The notes under the pieces are model-generated. The model saw only the letters and a program-made list of their open reading frames with translations. It searched no databases and was not told where the DNA came from. This document shows, one piece after another, positions 33,244 through 42,855 of a DNA stretch of 55,407 nucleotides. How positions within the stretch are numbered: position 1 is the first letter of the stretch; each line of letters opens with the position of its first letter. Where the stretch lies: positions 1-55,407 of the IMG/VR virus record IMGVR_UViG_3300010366_000015. The stretch is one strand, 5' to 3'. The translations under genes were made by a program, and so were the position numbers. This DNA is from a virus. Taxonomy: Duplodnaviria > Caudoviricetes.

Positions 33244-33641
33244 TGGCGGACGAAGAGGACTTCGCCAACACCCCGCCAGAGCAGCCGAACGCACATGGGC
33301 CGGGGCTGCGCGAGACGTTGGCGCGGATCAACAGCGGCGAACACCGTGGCTACAGCGACACGGCGGAGTACAAGGCGTATCGGCGCAAGCTGGACGCGCA
33401 GCGTTACCAGCACACCAGCGCGAACGCGGAAAAGCCGGTCATTGATATGTTCGAGCGGGAACTGAAGGAACCGGATGTCACGTCAAGGCGGCGCGATCAA
33501 CTGAACCGGATGATCGGGCGCTCGAAGGTGCGGCAGGCCGGAGCACGGGCGGGCGCCAAGGCGATGGGCGTTGACCCCGACGCGCCGTTCCCGCGCGACG
33601 AATGGATGTATCATGGCGGCAAGCCGCCGGGATGGAAGTGA
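33240..33641 (+). CDS. Protein of the FAxxPP family
   Basis: MADEEDFANTPP. Confidence 0.6.
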   Translation: MMADEEDFANTPPEQPNAHGPGLRETLARINSGEHRGYSDTAEYKAYRRKLDAQRYQHTSANAEKPVIDMFERELKEPDVTSRRRDQLNRMIGRSKVRQAGARAGAKAMGVDPDAPFPRDEWMYHGGKPPGWK

Positions 33642-33856
33642 TGTCGGACGATCCGATGGCTGATCCTGCCCGCTTCGCGTTCAAGCCTCCCGCAAACCCG
33701 GCCGCCGCTGACGTGTCGCCGATGGGCGGCATGGCGCCCGGCGATCTGATGCAGGCGCCGGAAGTGAGCGAGCCGCCCCCGACAGCGCGCGCGCAGCGTC
33801 TCGCCTCGCTCCAGCCCAAGGCCAAGCGTCGGTCGCTCAAGCTCGGGAAGAAGTAG
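33641..33856 (+). CDS. Small protein of the FAxxPP family
   Basis: MADPARFAFKPP...DLMQAP. Confidence 0.6.
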   Translation: MSDDPMADPARFAFKPPANPAAADVSPMGGMAPGDLMQAPEVSEPPPTARAQRLASLQPKAKRRSLKLGKK

Positions 33857-34126
33857 ATGCCGATCCAGACATTCGCGTATCCGCAAGGCCCGCTTGCCTA
33901 CGCCCCCACGGTAGAGCATCCGCGCACGGGGACTGACTGGCGCTTTGCGGTCTCGCCGCCGCGCGACATCATTTCCAGCGAGCAAGCGCAGCGGGAGCAG
34001 ATGTGGGACCGGAACCAGAGTACGGACGATCAGGCACGCTTGCACTCGTACCTGTATCCCGGCGCTCCGCTCCAGCAGGTTCCCGGCAGCCAACGCTACG
34101 GCGATTTCACAGATAGGTTGCTCTGA
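33857..34126 (+). CDS. Small protein (FAYP motif)
   Basis: MPIQTFAYPQGP. Confidence 0.6.
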   Translation: MPIQTFAYPQGPLAYAPTVEHPRTGTDWRFAVSPPRDIISSEQAQREQMWDRNQSTDDQARLHSYLYPGAPLQQVPGSQRYGDFTDRLL

Positions 34127-34404
34127 TGCCGGATGTCCCTGACATACCGGCCTTCATGCAGGGGCCTGCCGCGTACGCGCAGCCGGAGCAAGAACCGGCG
34201 TTCCCCCGCATGTCGCGCGAACAAGAGGGCATGTTGCGGAGCGGCCGGAAGCAGTCGCCTGACTTGGACATAAACCTGACGCCAGCGCCAGACCTGATGC
34301 AGTCGCCGGGGCCGATCGGCGTCGAAGAGAAGCCGTCGTGGATACCCCAACCAATGGGGCCGACAACGGAGCCTTACCGCTTCGAGCGGAAGTGGAGAAC
34401 CTGA
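34126..34404 (+). CDS. Small Pro-rich protein
   Basis: AYAQP...DLMQSPGP. Confidence 0.6.
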   Translation: MPDVPDIPAFMQGPAAYAQPEQEPAFPRMSREQEGMLRSGRKQSPDLDINLTPAPDLMQSPGPIGVEEKPSWIPQPMGPTTEPYRFERKWRT

Positions 34405-34625
34405 TGGCAAAGAACGACAGTGGCGATTGGTGCCTCGACAGCGCCGATCCGGTGAAGATGAGCATTCGCGAGCGGCTGAACACGCTGCTGACGCCGCCCG
34501 ATCCCGGCGTGATCCGCGTCATGGAAGACGAAGCCGCGTTCGTCATGTCGGTTCACGGCAAGCTCGGCGACGCTCCGTTCACTGATCGGCGCCCGATCCC
34601 CGGTCGCACGCGCGACAAGCCGTAA
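34404..34625 (+). CDS. Hypothetical protein
   Basis: TGATG-coupled. Confidence 0.55.
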   Translation: MAKNDSGDWCLDSADPVKMSIRERLNTLLTPPDPGVIRVMEDEAAFVMSVHGKLGDAPFTDRRPIPGRTRDKP

Positions 34626-34676
34626 ATGCCGATCACCACGGGTAACGCACCGAAGGCGCTGGCAGGAGACAGACCG

Positions 34677-34895
34677 ATGGCCAAGCTGACAACCAAGGCT
34701 CGCAAGGCGCTCCCGACCTCCACGTTCGCGCTGCCCGGCCGCCGCTATCCGATCAATGATCCGTCGCACGCCCGCAACGCGCTCTCCCGCGTGTCGCAGT
34801 TCGGCTCGCCAGCGGAGAAATCCAAGGTGCGTGCCGCTGTGCATCGCAAGTATCCCGGCATCGGCAAGCACGCGCACCATCCGCCAACAAGCTAG
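34677..34895 (+). CDS. Small conserved phage protein
   Basis: LTTKARKALP.STFALPGRRYPI.D.SHARNALSRV; AGGAG SD. Confidence 0.75.
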   Translation: MAKLTTKARKALPTSTFALPGRRYPINDPSHARNALSRVSQFGSPAEKSKVRAAVHRKYPGIGKHAHHPPTS

Positions 34896-34929
34896 TCGTC
34901 GCATCGGTCGGTAGACTAGAAGGGCGGGA

Positions 34930-36408
34930 ATGACCGTCTATTCCTGCCGCAACATGCCGACGATCCAGCGGTTCATGGAGTCGGATGCTTTTTTCAGAGG
35001 CTTGATGGGACCGTTCGGTTCCGGCAAGTCATCCGGCTGTGTGATGGAAATCCCGCAACGTGGCGTGGCGCAGAAGCACGGGCCTGATGGCGTCCGGCGC
35101 TCCCGTTGGGCAGTGATCCGCAACAGCTACCGCCAGTTGGAAGACACTACGCTGCGCACGTTCTTCCAGTGGTTGCCCCCGTACCAATTCGGGGAGTGGC
35201 TACCATCGAAGTTCCAGTACAACATTAAGGCTCTTCGCGGCGAAGGCGACGATAGAGGGGCGGAGATCGAAGTAATCTTCCGCGCCTTGGATCGACCGGA
35301 CCAACTCGGCAACCTCCTTTCGATGGACCTGACGGGCGCATGGGTCAACGAGGGCCGCGAAGTTGAGTGGCCCATCTTCGAAGCCCTCGAAGGCCGTGTG
35401 GGGCGATACCCTCGCATGGTGGATGGCGGTCCAAGCTGGTTTGGCATCTTCAGCGATACCAACCCGCCCGACGTTGACAGCCCGTGGTTCCGTTTCTTCG
35501 AAGAAGCCGACCATTCCGAAAAGGTAGCAGAACTCGCCCGCGTGGTGCCGGGGATTACGGTCGAAGGCTATCGGCAAATCTTCAAGCAACCATCTGGTCT
35601 GTCGGATCACGCGGAGAACTCCGAGAACCTGCCGCCCGGCTACTACCAGCGCATGGCGGTGGGGAAGTCGGACGAGTGGATCAAGGTCTATGTGCATGGC
35701 GAGTACGGCTTCGTCATCGACGGCAAGCCTGTCTGGCCCGAGTACGCCGACGAACTGCACTGCCCAACCGACAAGCTCAAATGGCCCGCACCATCCGATG
35801 CGCTCCCGGTGGTCCGCAGTTGGGATTTCGGGCTGACGCCAGCCTGCATCTTCAGCCAAGTGACGGCGCGTGGTCAGTGGATCGTGTTTGACGAACTGGT
35901 CGCGACCTCGATGGGCGCCGATGCCTTCAGCGACGAAGTGGTGGCGCATAGCGCGCGCTGGTATCCCCGCTGCGACTTTTGGGATGTCGGCGATCCGGCC
36001 GGTGCGCAGAAGTCGCAGACCGACGAACGCACCTGTTTCCAAATCCTGCGGGCGAAGAACATCCTGATCGAGCCGGGCATCCAAACGCTGGCGATCCGGC
36101 TGGAGTCAGTGCGCAAGCCGCTGCGGACTCTGGTCGATGGCAGGCCGCAGTTCGTGCTGCATCCGCGCTGCACGCAACTCCGTCGCGCTCTGATGGGCGG
36201 CTACCACTACCGGCGAATGCGCGTATCAGGGGAGCGGTACACAAGCGAGCCGGAGAAGAACATGTACTCGCATCCGGCCGATGCCTTGGGCTATGCAGGC
36301 ACACGTCTCTTTGGCGCCGCGCTCTACACGCCTCGCGGCGGCCGTTCCGATCAAGGGTATGGCGGCATGATGGAAGATCGCACGCGCAGCCGGGTGACCG
36401 GATACTAA
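34930..36408 (+). CDS. terL: Terminase large subunit
   Basis: Walker A GPFGSGKS, Walker B AWVNE, DTNPP, nuclease SWDFG...SHPADA. Confidence 0.95.
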   Translation: MTVYSCRNMPTIQRFMESDAFFRGLMGPFGSGKSSGCVMEIPQRGVAQKHGPDGVRRSRWAVIRNSYRQLEDTTLRTFFQWLPPYQFGEWLPSKFQYNIKALRGEGDDRGAEIEVIFRALDRPDQLGNLLSMDLTGAWVNEGREVEWPIFEALEGRVGRYPRMVDGGPSWFGIFSDTNPPDVDSPWFRFFEEADHSEKVAELARVVPGITVEGYRQIFKQPSGLSDHAENSENLPPGYYQRMAVGKSDEWIKVYVHGEYGFVIDGKPVWPEYADELHCPTDKLKWPAPSDALPVVRSWDFGLTPACIFSQVTARGQWIVFDELVATSMGADAFSDEVVAHSARWYPRCDFWDVGDPAGAQKSQTDERTCFQILRAKNILIEPGIQTLAIRLESVRKPLRTLVDGRPQFVLHPRCTQLRRALMGGYHYRRMRVSGERYTSEPEKNMYSHPADALGYAGTRLFGAALYTPRGGRSDQGYGGMMEDRTRSRVTGY

Positions 36409-36605
36409 TGGGCGGCGGCACAAGCGGTTACGACCGATTCGAGTGGACCCCGGAGCGGTGGGCCTTTCTGGTCGATAACCGGGGCAAGCTGTCATCGGCG
36501 CAGATTGCCGCGCGTCTCGGCACCACAAAGGGAGTTGTCACGGGTAAGGCTTGGCGCGAGAAGCTGCCGAAGCTGAAAGACCCGATCGTGAGGAAATATG
36601 GCTGA
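36408..36605 (+). CDS. Stand-alone GcrA N-terminal HTH domain
   Basis: WTPER...L....SSAQIAARLG.T...V.GKA.R..L. Confidence 0.75.
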   Translation: MGGGTSGYDRFEWTPERWAFLVDNRGKLSSAQIAARLGTTKGVVTGKAWREKLPKLKDPIVRKYG

Positions 36606-36912
36606 TCTGCCGCGCGAACTGTTGGAGCCTATGGAAGAGCATCGGATACCGCAGATCAGTCTTCAGGTTTCGAGCAACGTCAAGCGCGCCTGCCGGACCT
36701 GCAAGTGGTCGGAAATGGAGGGCAAGGATCGCGTCTGCCGGTTTGATCCGCCCAAGGTCGCCTTCATTCCGGTGCCGACGCAACAGCGCGTTGTTCACAA
36801 CGGCCAAGGCATGACGATCCCCGGTGTGGAGGTGCGGCCAGTCTCGGGCTTCCCGATGGTGCAGCACGATCAATGGTGCCGGATGTGGGACAAGAAGCTG
36901 TCCGGCGACTGA
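36598..36912 (+). CDS. Cys-rich phage protein
   Basis: CRTC...CRFDPP...FP.V....WC. Confidence 0.7.
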   Translation: MADLPRELLEPMEEHRIPQISLQVSSNVKRACRTCKWSEMEGKDRVCRFDPPKVAFIPVPTQQRVVHNGQGMTIPGVEVRPVSGFPMVQHDQWCRMWDKKLSGD

Positions 36913-37280
36913 ACGCGACGTTCACTGGCGAGACTCCGACCTATGAGGCTCCGGAGGATGATCTGGCTCGGCTGGATCAGATGCCTGCTGCTTTGCGCGG
37001 GTGCTTCTACCAAGCGGCGACGAAACTCTCGGTGAAGGCGTTCGCCGAACATTGGGCGTGGGCGCGACATCACGGCCATAGCGTCATGGCCACCGTCGAT
37101 CTGATGGACCGGATCGAGACGAACGAAATCGCGGTGGCCGCTGGCGAGTACCGGGCGCAGTGCGGGAGCGAGTATCCCCACGTCGCCGCGCACGCCACGG
37201 TGCAGCGGTATGGCGACATCGGGCCTTCCAAACATCCGCCGCGCATCTACGGTAAGCCTATTTTCCGGAGGCGGCGATGA
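36873..37280 (+). CDS. Hypothetical protein (start uncertain)
   Basis: Operon context. Confidence 0.5.
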   Translation: MVPDVGQEAVRRLNATFTGETPTYEAPEDDLARLDQMPAALRGCFYQAATKLSVKAFAEHWAWARHHGHSVMATVDLMDRIETNEIAVAAGEYRAQCGSEYPHVAAHATVQRYGDIGPSKHPPRIYGKPIFRRRR

Positions 37281-37495
37281 AACAGGGAACTATGCACGGT
37301 GACCTGCCGTCCACGATCGTTCACAAGCTCGCCCGGCTGATGACGGGCACGAAGGATTACTCCGTCACGACAGGGGAACAGAGGGCGGCGCTCATCAACG
37401 CGATGGCAAGCACAAGGGAGCCGGGACAGAGCAACAAGCGGTGGCAGCGGCGGGCGGCCGGTCTGCTGATTAAGGGCGGTTGGGAAAAGCGATAA
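37277..37495 (+). CDS. Hypothetical protein
   Basis: GGAGG SD; ATGA-coupled. Confidence 0.5.
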   Translation: MKQGTMHGDLPSTIVHKLARLMTGTKDYSVTTGEQRAALINAMASTREPGQSNKRWQRRAAGLLIKGGWEKR

Positions 37496-37586
37496 CGCCG
37501 TTGCAGGATGTGCCGCGCGGAGGGCACATTGGGGCTGCGCGAGGCCAAGCAGCGCCGCCGCTGAACACGCGAACGGAGTAGCTGCC

Positions 37587-39785
37587 TTGTCCGTGACGAT
37601 GCTGCGGCCCGATGCTGCGCCATCCCCGATGCAACAGCCGCCGGGCATGGGGCCTGCGCCGAATGCCATTCAATCAATAGCGTCACTAGGTACGCCGCCA
37701 CCTATAGACGATGGCGATCTAACGGCCGTCCACGCAATGCCGGACGGTGTGCCGGAGCAAGCGCGCGAGCACTACATGCTGCTACAGCGGTGGTGCCGCA
37801 GCATGAACATCGCCGACGAAGACGATCTTGACGAAGACCTGTCCACGCTGGCGAACCGCGTGAAGCAAGACTACGAGATTGACGAACGCAGCCGCTCCGA
37901 GTGGAAAGAGAAATACCGGAAGTGGCTCGATGCCGCCCTTCAGGTGGTCGAGCAGAAATCCTATCCGTGGCCCAACGCGTCCAACGTCATCTACCCGTTG
38001 ATGACCACGGCCGCGCTTCAGTTCGCTGCGCGCGCCTACCCGGCGATCATCAGGGACCAGAACGTCGTCAAGGGCGTGGTGATCGGTGACGATGACGGCC
38101 AGCCCGCCGTGGGTCAGGACGGCCAGCCGATCGTGCTGCCCAATGGGCCGATGTGGAAGATCGCGCCCGGCGCCAAGCGGGTGCGCGCCGATCTGATCGG
38201 CCGCCACATGAGTTGGCAGCTTTTGGACGAACAAGAGGAATGGGAACCGCAGACTGATCGGCTGCTGGTCGTGCTGGCCATCGTCGGCACGATGTTCCGC
38301 AAGAGCTACTTCGACCCCAACCTGCGGCGGAACGTCAGCGAAACCGTCGATGCCATCAATCTGTGCGTCAACTACTTCGCCAAGTCGTTCGAGACGGCGC
38401 CACGCAAGACCGAACTGGTGCGTCTCTACCCGTGGGAAATCGAAGAGAAAATCCGCAGCGGCCTGTTCCGCGACGAGAACTACGGCCGCGACATTCAGGG
38501 CAGCACCAATGAGCGCGAGCCGCAGCAACAGGACGATGACGACGCGGCGGTCACTTTCCTAGAGCAACACCGCCGGAGCGATCTGGACGGTGACGGCTAC
38601 GCGGAGCCGTACATCATCACGGTGGCCCGCGACAGCGGCAAGCTCGCCCGCATCCGCGCCGGTTTCGATATGGACGGGGTGGAGTGGACCGGCGAGGGCC
38701 AAGTCCGCCGGGTGGCGCAGATCGAGTACTATACGAAATACGGCTTCATCCCCTCCCCCGACTCGGTCGTGTATGACCTTGGGTTCGGCCATCTGCTGCA
38801 TCCGCTGAACGAGGCCATCAACACGTCGATCAACCAAATGTTCGACGCCGGCCATCTGCAAAACGTCGGCGGCGGCTTCATTGGCAATGGCCTGTCCATC
38901 AACTCCGGGGCGATGCGCTTCCAAGTCGGTGAGTACAAGCCGGTGAACGTCATCGGCGGCACCATCCGCGACAATATCTACGCGATGGAGTTCCCCGGCC
39001 CATCCAACGTGCTGTTCTCGCTGCTGCAATTTCTGGTCGAAGCGTCGGAACGCGTCGCCTCCGTAAAAGACATTATGACCGGCGACATGCCCGGCGATAA
39101 CACCTCTGGCATCACCACGCTGGCCGTGATCGAGCAAGGGCTGAAGGTGTTCAGCGCGATCTACAAGCGCATTCACCGCTCGCTCGGCTACGAGTTCCGC
39201 AAGCTGTACCGGCTGAATAGGGTCTATCTGAACGACTCAATGGGCTTCGGCCGGGGCAATAATTGGGAGTCGATCAAGCGCGAGGACTACGAGCTTGGCA
39301 GCGGCGTCGAGCCGATCAGTGATCCGCAGATGGTCACCGACATGCAGCGGCTCGGCCGGGCGCAGTTCCTACTGACGTTCAAGGATGACCCCGGCGTCAA
39401 TGGCTTGGCCATTCGCGAGGAAGCCTTCACGGCCGCCATGATCCCCAACCCGAAGCGTTTCCTGATTGCCAATGCCCCGCCGCCTCCGGGTGTGGCGCTG
39501 AAGTCACGCGAACTGGACATTCGCGAGAAGCGGGAAATGACGGATTTGGCTTTGAAGGCGCGGAAGGATCAGGCAAGTATGGTGCGCGAGATCGCGCAAG
39601 CGGAACTGTTCTTGGCCCAAGCACGCGCCGTGGACAACGATATGCAGCTTGCGTGGGTCGAACAGCACATCGCGAGGCTGAAGCTAGAAGTCGATGCCGT
39701 TAGCGCCCACGCCGATCACCTCCAAGCACAAGCCGCACTCATCAACGCCCAACAGCCCGACGATTCTGGCGGAGATTCAGGCTGA
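37587..39785 (+). CDS. Portal protein
   Basis: D..SR.EW, K.YPWP.ASN..YP, G..F.K.Y.D, TT.A.IEQG.KVFSAI.KR; follows terL. Confidence 0.88.
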   Translation: MSVTMLRPDAAPSPMQQPPGMGPAPNAIQSIASLGTPPPIDDGDLTAVHAMPDGVPEQAREHYMLLQRWCRSMNIADEDDLDEDLSTLANRVKQDYEIDERSRSEWKEKYRKWLDAALQVVEQKSYPWPNASNVIYPLMTTAALQFAARAYPAIIRDQNVVKGVVIGDDDGQPAVGQDGQPIVLPNGPMWKIAPGAKRVRADLIGRHMSWQLLDEQEEWEPQTDRLLVVLAIVGTMFRKSYFDPNLRRNVSETVDAINLCVNYFAKSFETAPRKTELVRLYPWEIEEKIRSGLFRDENYGRDIQGSTNEREPQQQDDDDAAVTFLEQHRRSDLDGDGYAEPYIITVARDSGKLARIRAGFDMDGVEWTGEGQVRRVAQIEYYTKYGFIPSPDSVVYDLGFGHLLHPLNEAINTSINQMFDAGHLQNVGGGFIGNGLSINSGAMRFQVGEYKPVNVIGGTIRDNIYAMEFPGPSNVLFSLLQFLVEASERVASVKDIMTGDMPGDNTSGITTLAVIEQGLKVFSAIYKRIHRSLGYEFRKLYRLNRVYLNDSMGFGRGNNWESIKREDYELGSGVEPISDPQMVTDMQRLGRAQFLLTFKDDPGVNGLAIREEAFTAAMIPNPKRFLIANAPPPPGVALKSRELDIREKREMTDLALKARKDQASMVREIAQAELFLAQARAVDNDMQLAWVEQHIARLKLEVDAVSAHADHLQAQAALINAQQPDDSGGDSG

Positions 39786-40026
39786 ACAGTTCAATGCGTG
39801 GCTGCACCATCCGGTCACGGAACTGGTGTTGCGCGACTATGTGCGCGCCAAGGCGTGGTATTTCGAGCGCCAAGCCATAGAGGGGTGGCTGTCCGGTAAA
39901 CAGCCCCTACAGGCGGAGCAAGAGGCGCGCGGGCGGATCATCGAGTTGCACTTCCTTGCCGATCTGCGGCTGGATCACGTACAGGCCCTATTCGAGACAT
40001 TGGAGCGCATTCGTGCTGCTGACTGA
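39694..40026 (+). CDS. Small protein after the portal (start uncertain)
   Basis: FNAWLHHPVT motif. Confidence 0.55.
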   Translation: MPLAPTPITSKHKPHSSTPNSPTILAEIQAEQFNAWLHHPVTELVLRDYVRAKAWYFERQAIEGWLSGKQPLQAEQEARGRIIELHFLADLRLDHVQALFETLERIRAAD

Positions 40027-40477
40027 CGCCATCGCCGACCTCGAAGACAAGTTCATCGTCCACAACGACATCGGCTATCCGGTCATGTCGTACGACGGCA
40101 ATGACAAGGAAATCGACACGGGCGCCAAGGATTGGAACAAGGCGCCGTGCGGCGAACGCTACATTTTGGTTTCCAGTGGCGGATGGGAAAACGACCACAT
40201 ACGCTCGGTGCTGTTCAACGACCAAAGTCGAGCCATCTACTGGTGGAAGTGGGCGGTGATGGACTACGCGGAGACGATCGCTCCGGAGGCTCAATGGTCG
40301 AAGCTGCACCTATACTGGCGCGACCGACCACAATATGTCTCCACCGACTACATCGCGCTGCAACAAGCGTCGATCGTGGGGCGCAAGGAAATGCTGCCGA
40401 TCACGATCATTCTCGGGTCGGTCTATAGCCGCTTGCTGATTACCCGGAAGCGGCCAGATGGGGGCGAAGATGACTGA
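40013..40477 (+). CDS. Hypothetical protein
   Basis: GGAG SD and GTG start. Confidence 0.6.
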   Translation: MLLTDAIADLEDKFIVHNDIGYPVMSYDGNDKEIDTGAKDWNKAPCGERYILVSSGGWENDHIRSVLFNDQSRAIYWWKWAVMDYAETIAPEAQWSKLHLYWRDRPQYVSTDYIALQQASIVGRKEMLPITIILGSVYSRLLITRKRPDGGEDD

Positions 40478-40907
40478 AGAAAGCCTACCGGACCGCGTCA
40501 TTCTCACGACGCAGTTTGGCCAGTATGACGTGGCGGCCTTCGACGGCACCAATCACTCTGGCCTTCAGCCGCTATGCGACAAGGTGTTGGTGTTGTGCGA
40601 CCGGGCCGCGCCCGAAACCGAAGGCGGCATCCTGCTGCCCGATACCTCGCGGGAGTCAACCACGATGGCGGCCATTACCGGCGTGCTGATCGCGGCCGGG
40701 CCGCAGGCGTTCGCGTACGATTCGCATCGGTTGGTCCATTGGGAAGGCGCGCGCCCGCAACCCGGTGATCGTGTGTTCTTCCAAAAGTACGCCGGTTTCG
40801 AGTATTTCGGCAGGGACGGGCAGATGTACCGGATCATGGAGGACCGGCAGATAGCGGCGATCGAGACTCCGGCGGATGACGGCGGGCAGATGACCGCAGC
40901 GTACTAA
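40470..40907 (+). CDS. groES: GroES-like co-chaperonin
   Basis: LQPL.DKVLV...TEGGILLP...G..IA.GP...GDRV.F.KYAG...Y.IM.D.QI. Confidence 0.88.
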   Translation: MTEESLPDRVILTTQFGQYDVAAFDGTNHSGLQPLCDKVLVLCDRAAPETEGGILLPDTSRESTTMAAITGVLIAAGPQAFAYDSHRLVHWEGARPQPGDRVFFQKYAGFEYFGRDGQMYRIMEDRQIAAIETPADDGGQMTAAY

Positions 40908-40957
40908 AACGAACCGCTCCTTGGCACAGCCACCGCAAAGGCAGTCAGGAGTGATGG

Positions 40958-41941
40958 ATGTCAGAGACGACGGAAGGCGCCGCCGAAGAAGTCGGCACAG
41001 CAGCGCCCCCGCCACAACCGGATGCAGGCGCCGAAGAGCGTGCCCGCATGATGGGCTGGAAGCCCAAGGACCAATATCGTGGGCCGCCCGACAAGTGGGT
41101 GCCCGCTGACGAATTTCTGGATCGCGGCTTCGCGTCTCCGGCAGTTCTGGCCGACCGCGTGGAGGTGATGACCTCGCGCATGACGCGGATGGAGCGCGAC
41201 AACCAGACGCTTTCCAGCAAGTTCGATGACGCGGTTCGCACCATCAACGACATGACCACGATGATGCGCGCCGCCGACAAGCGGGCGTATGACCGTGCGC
41301 GGGCCGATCTGGACCAGCAGCGCGTCAAAGCGGTCGAAGCGGGCGACACAGAGGCGTTCCGGCGCCTTGATACTGAAATGAGGGAGTTGGATCGCGGAGC
41401 ACCGCCTGCTAACGTTGCCGCCGCGAATCCGAACGTTTCCTCCACTTCTGCACCGCAGGGGCGCAGCACCCCAACCGCTGACAATCCGGCGGTGCAGGCT
41501 TTCTACCAACGGAACCCGTGGTACAGCCGCGATCCGGTGATGACGCAGGAAGCGGACATCATTCACACCGGCCTCTTGAACGCGCGGCCTGACCTGACCG
41601 TCGATCAGAACCTCGCTGAAGTTGAACGCCGGTTGCGCGCGCAATTCCCTGACCGCTTCGGTGCCGCTCCGCCTACGCGCGGCATGAACGGCGGCTATCA
41701 GCAACAGCAGCCGCAGCAGCCCGAAAACCCGCGCCGCAATGAGGCTGGCAGCGTGTCGCCAGCGAGTTCATCCGGCTCCCCGCGTCAGCAACAGGGACGC
41801 CGCACGTTCGCTGCCATGCCGCAGGCCAGCAAGGACGCCTACACGCGTTACAAGCGGATGCTGGAAGGGCACGGCGAGCCGCTGACCGAAGCGGAATGGG
41901 CCACTGACTACTGGTCGCAGTTCGAGGATGGTGAAGCATGA
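40958..41941 (+). CDS. Putative scaffolding protein
   Basis: AR.MGW.P...W..A.EF; coiled coil; F..RNPW; located before the capsid genes. Confidence 0.7.
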   Translation: MSETTEGAAEEVGTAAPPPQPDAGAEERARMMGWKPKDQYRGPPDKWVPADEFLDRGFASPAVLADRVEVMTSRMTRMERDNQTLSSKFDDAVRTINDMTTMMRAADKRAYDRARADLDQQRVKAVEAGDTEAFRRLDTEMRELDRGAPPANVAAANPNVSSTSAPQGRSTPTADNPAVQAFYQRNPWYSRDPVMTQEADIIHTGLLNARPDLTVDQNLAEVERRLRAQFPDRFGAAPPTRGMNGGYQQQQPQQPENPRRNEAGSVSPASSSGSPRQQQGRRTFAAMPQASKDAYTRYKRMLEGHGEPLTEAEWATDYWSQFEDGEA

Positions 41942-42195
41942 TGGCGATCCCGAAATGGAAATCACACAAGGTGGTCGAGGCGGCGCGCGTCACTGGCGTC
42001 CTCGATGAGCCTCTGCGTTGGGTGCTCCTAACCGGCGATTCCGTGCCGGTTTCGGTCGAACTAGAGTTGCGCGCGCGGCGCAACCCGATTGGTGGCTATT
42101 ACGTGCGTTACCCCGATGGGTACGAATCGTGGTCACCAGCCGAAGCCTTTGAAGATGGGTATTCGTTGATTGAGGGTGAGCATGGCGCTGCGTGA
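41938..42195 (+). CDS. Conserved phage protein
   Basis: GGYYVRYPDGYESWSPAEAFEDGY. Confidence 0.75.
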   Translation: MMAIPKWKSHKVVEAARVTGVLDEPLRWVLLTGDSVPVSVELELRARRNPIGGYYVRYPDGYESWSPAEAFEDGYSLIEGEHGAA

Positions 42196-42775
42196 TCTTC
42201 TGTCCGAAGAGACATCGGACGCCTTCAAGGCGGCGCAGAACGCGCTGCACGGCAAGTCGGATACCGGCTTCTCCGGCATTCACAGAGAAATGGACACGCG
42301 CCCGATCGCCGGGCGTCTGGTCGATCGCCCGCATGTGCAGCGTGTCGCACCGGAGGGCGTCGATACCAGCAACCTGCCGCAAATCGAGCGGCGCGCGGAG
42401 CCAATCGACGGGCGCGATCGTGTTCCGTTCGGCAGCGAAGAACTACAGCTTGCGTGGGACGCGCGCCCCGGCTTCCGGAACTACTGGTTCAACGACACGC
42501 CCGGCCGCGTCACGCGGGCGAAGAAGGCCGGGTACAGCCACGTCACTGATCCCGATACTGGCGATCCCGCGTGCGTTGTGACTGATCGCACCGATCACGG
42601 TGGTCGCAAAAGCTACTTGATGGAAATTCCATTAAAGTTCTATCAAGAGGACATGGCGCGGCAAGCAGCGGCGCTAGATCGTCGGTTGAACGACATCCGT
42701 CACGGCAGAGCAGGGCCGGGCGCTGAAGACAACCGCTACATCCCCAAGCAGGGCATCCGCATCGAGGGCCGCTAA
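42182..42775 (+). CDS. Head-module hypothetical protein
   Basis: PGF..YWFND.PGR...AGY...YLMEIP...Y.ED. Confidence 0.7.
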   Translation: MALRDLLSEETSDAFKAAQNALHGKSDTGFSGIHREMDTRPIAGRLVDRPHVQRVAPEGVDTSNLPQIERRAEPIDGRDRVPFGSEELQLAWDARPGFRNYWFNDTPGRVTRAKKAGYSHVTDPDTGDPACVVTDRTDHGGRKSYLMEIPLKFYQEDMARQAAALDRRLNDIRHGRAGPGAEDNRYIPKQGIRIEGR

Positions 42776-42855
42776 AGAGCGGCCTTCCTCCCCCCGCCTA
42801 GTCCGGCGAGCAGTCCGCAGGGCGCTTTCACTTCACCCCGGCAGAGGCTCGCCGC

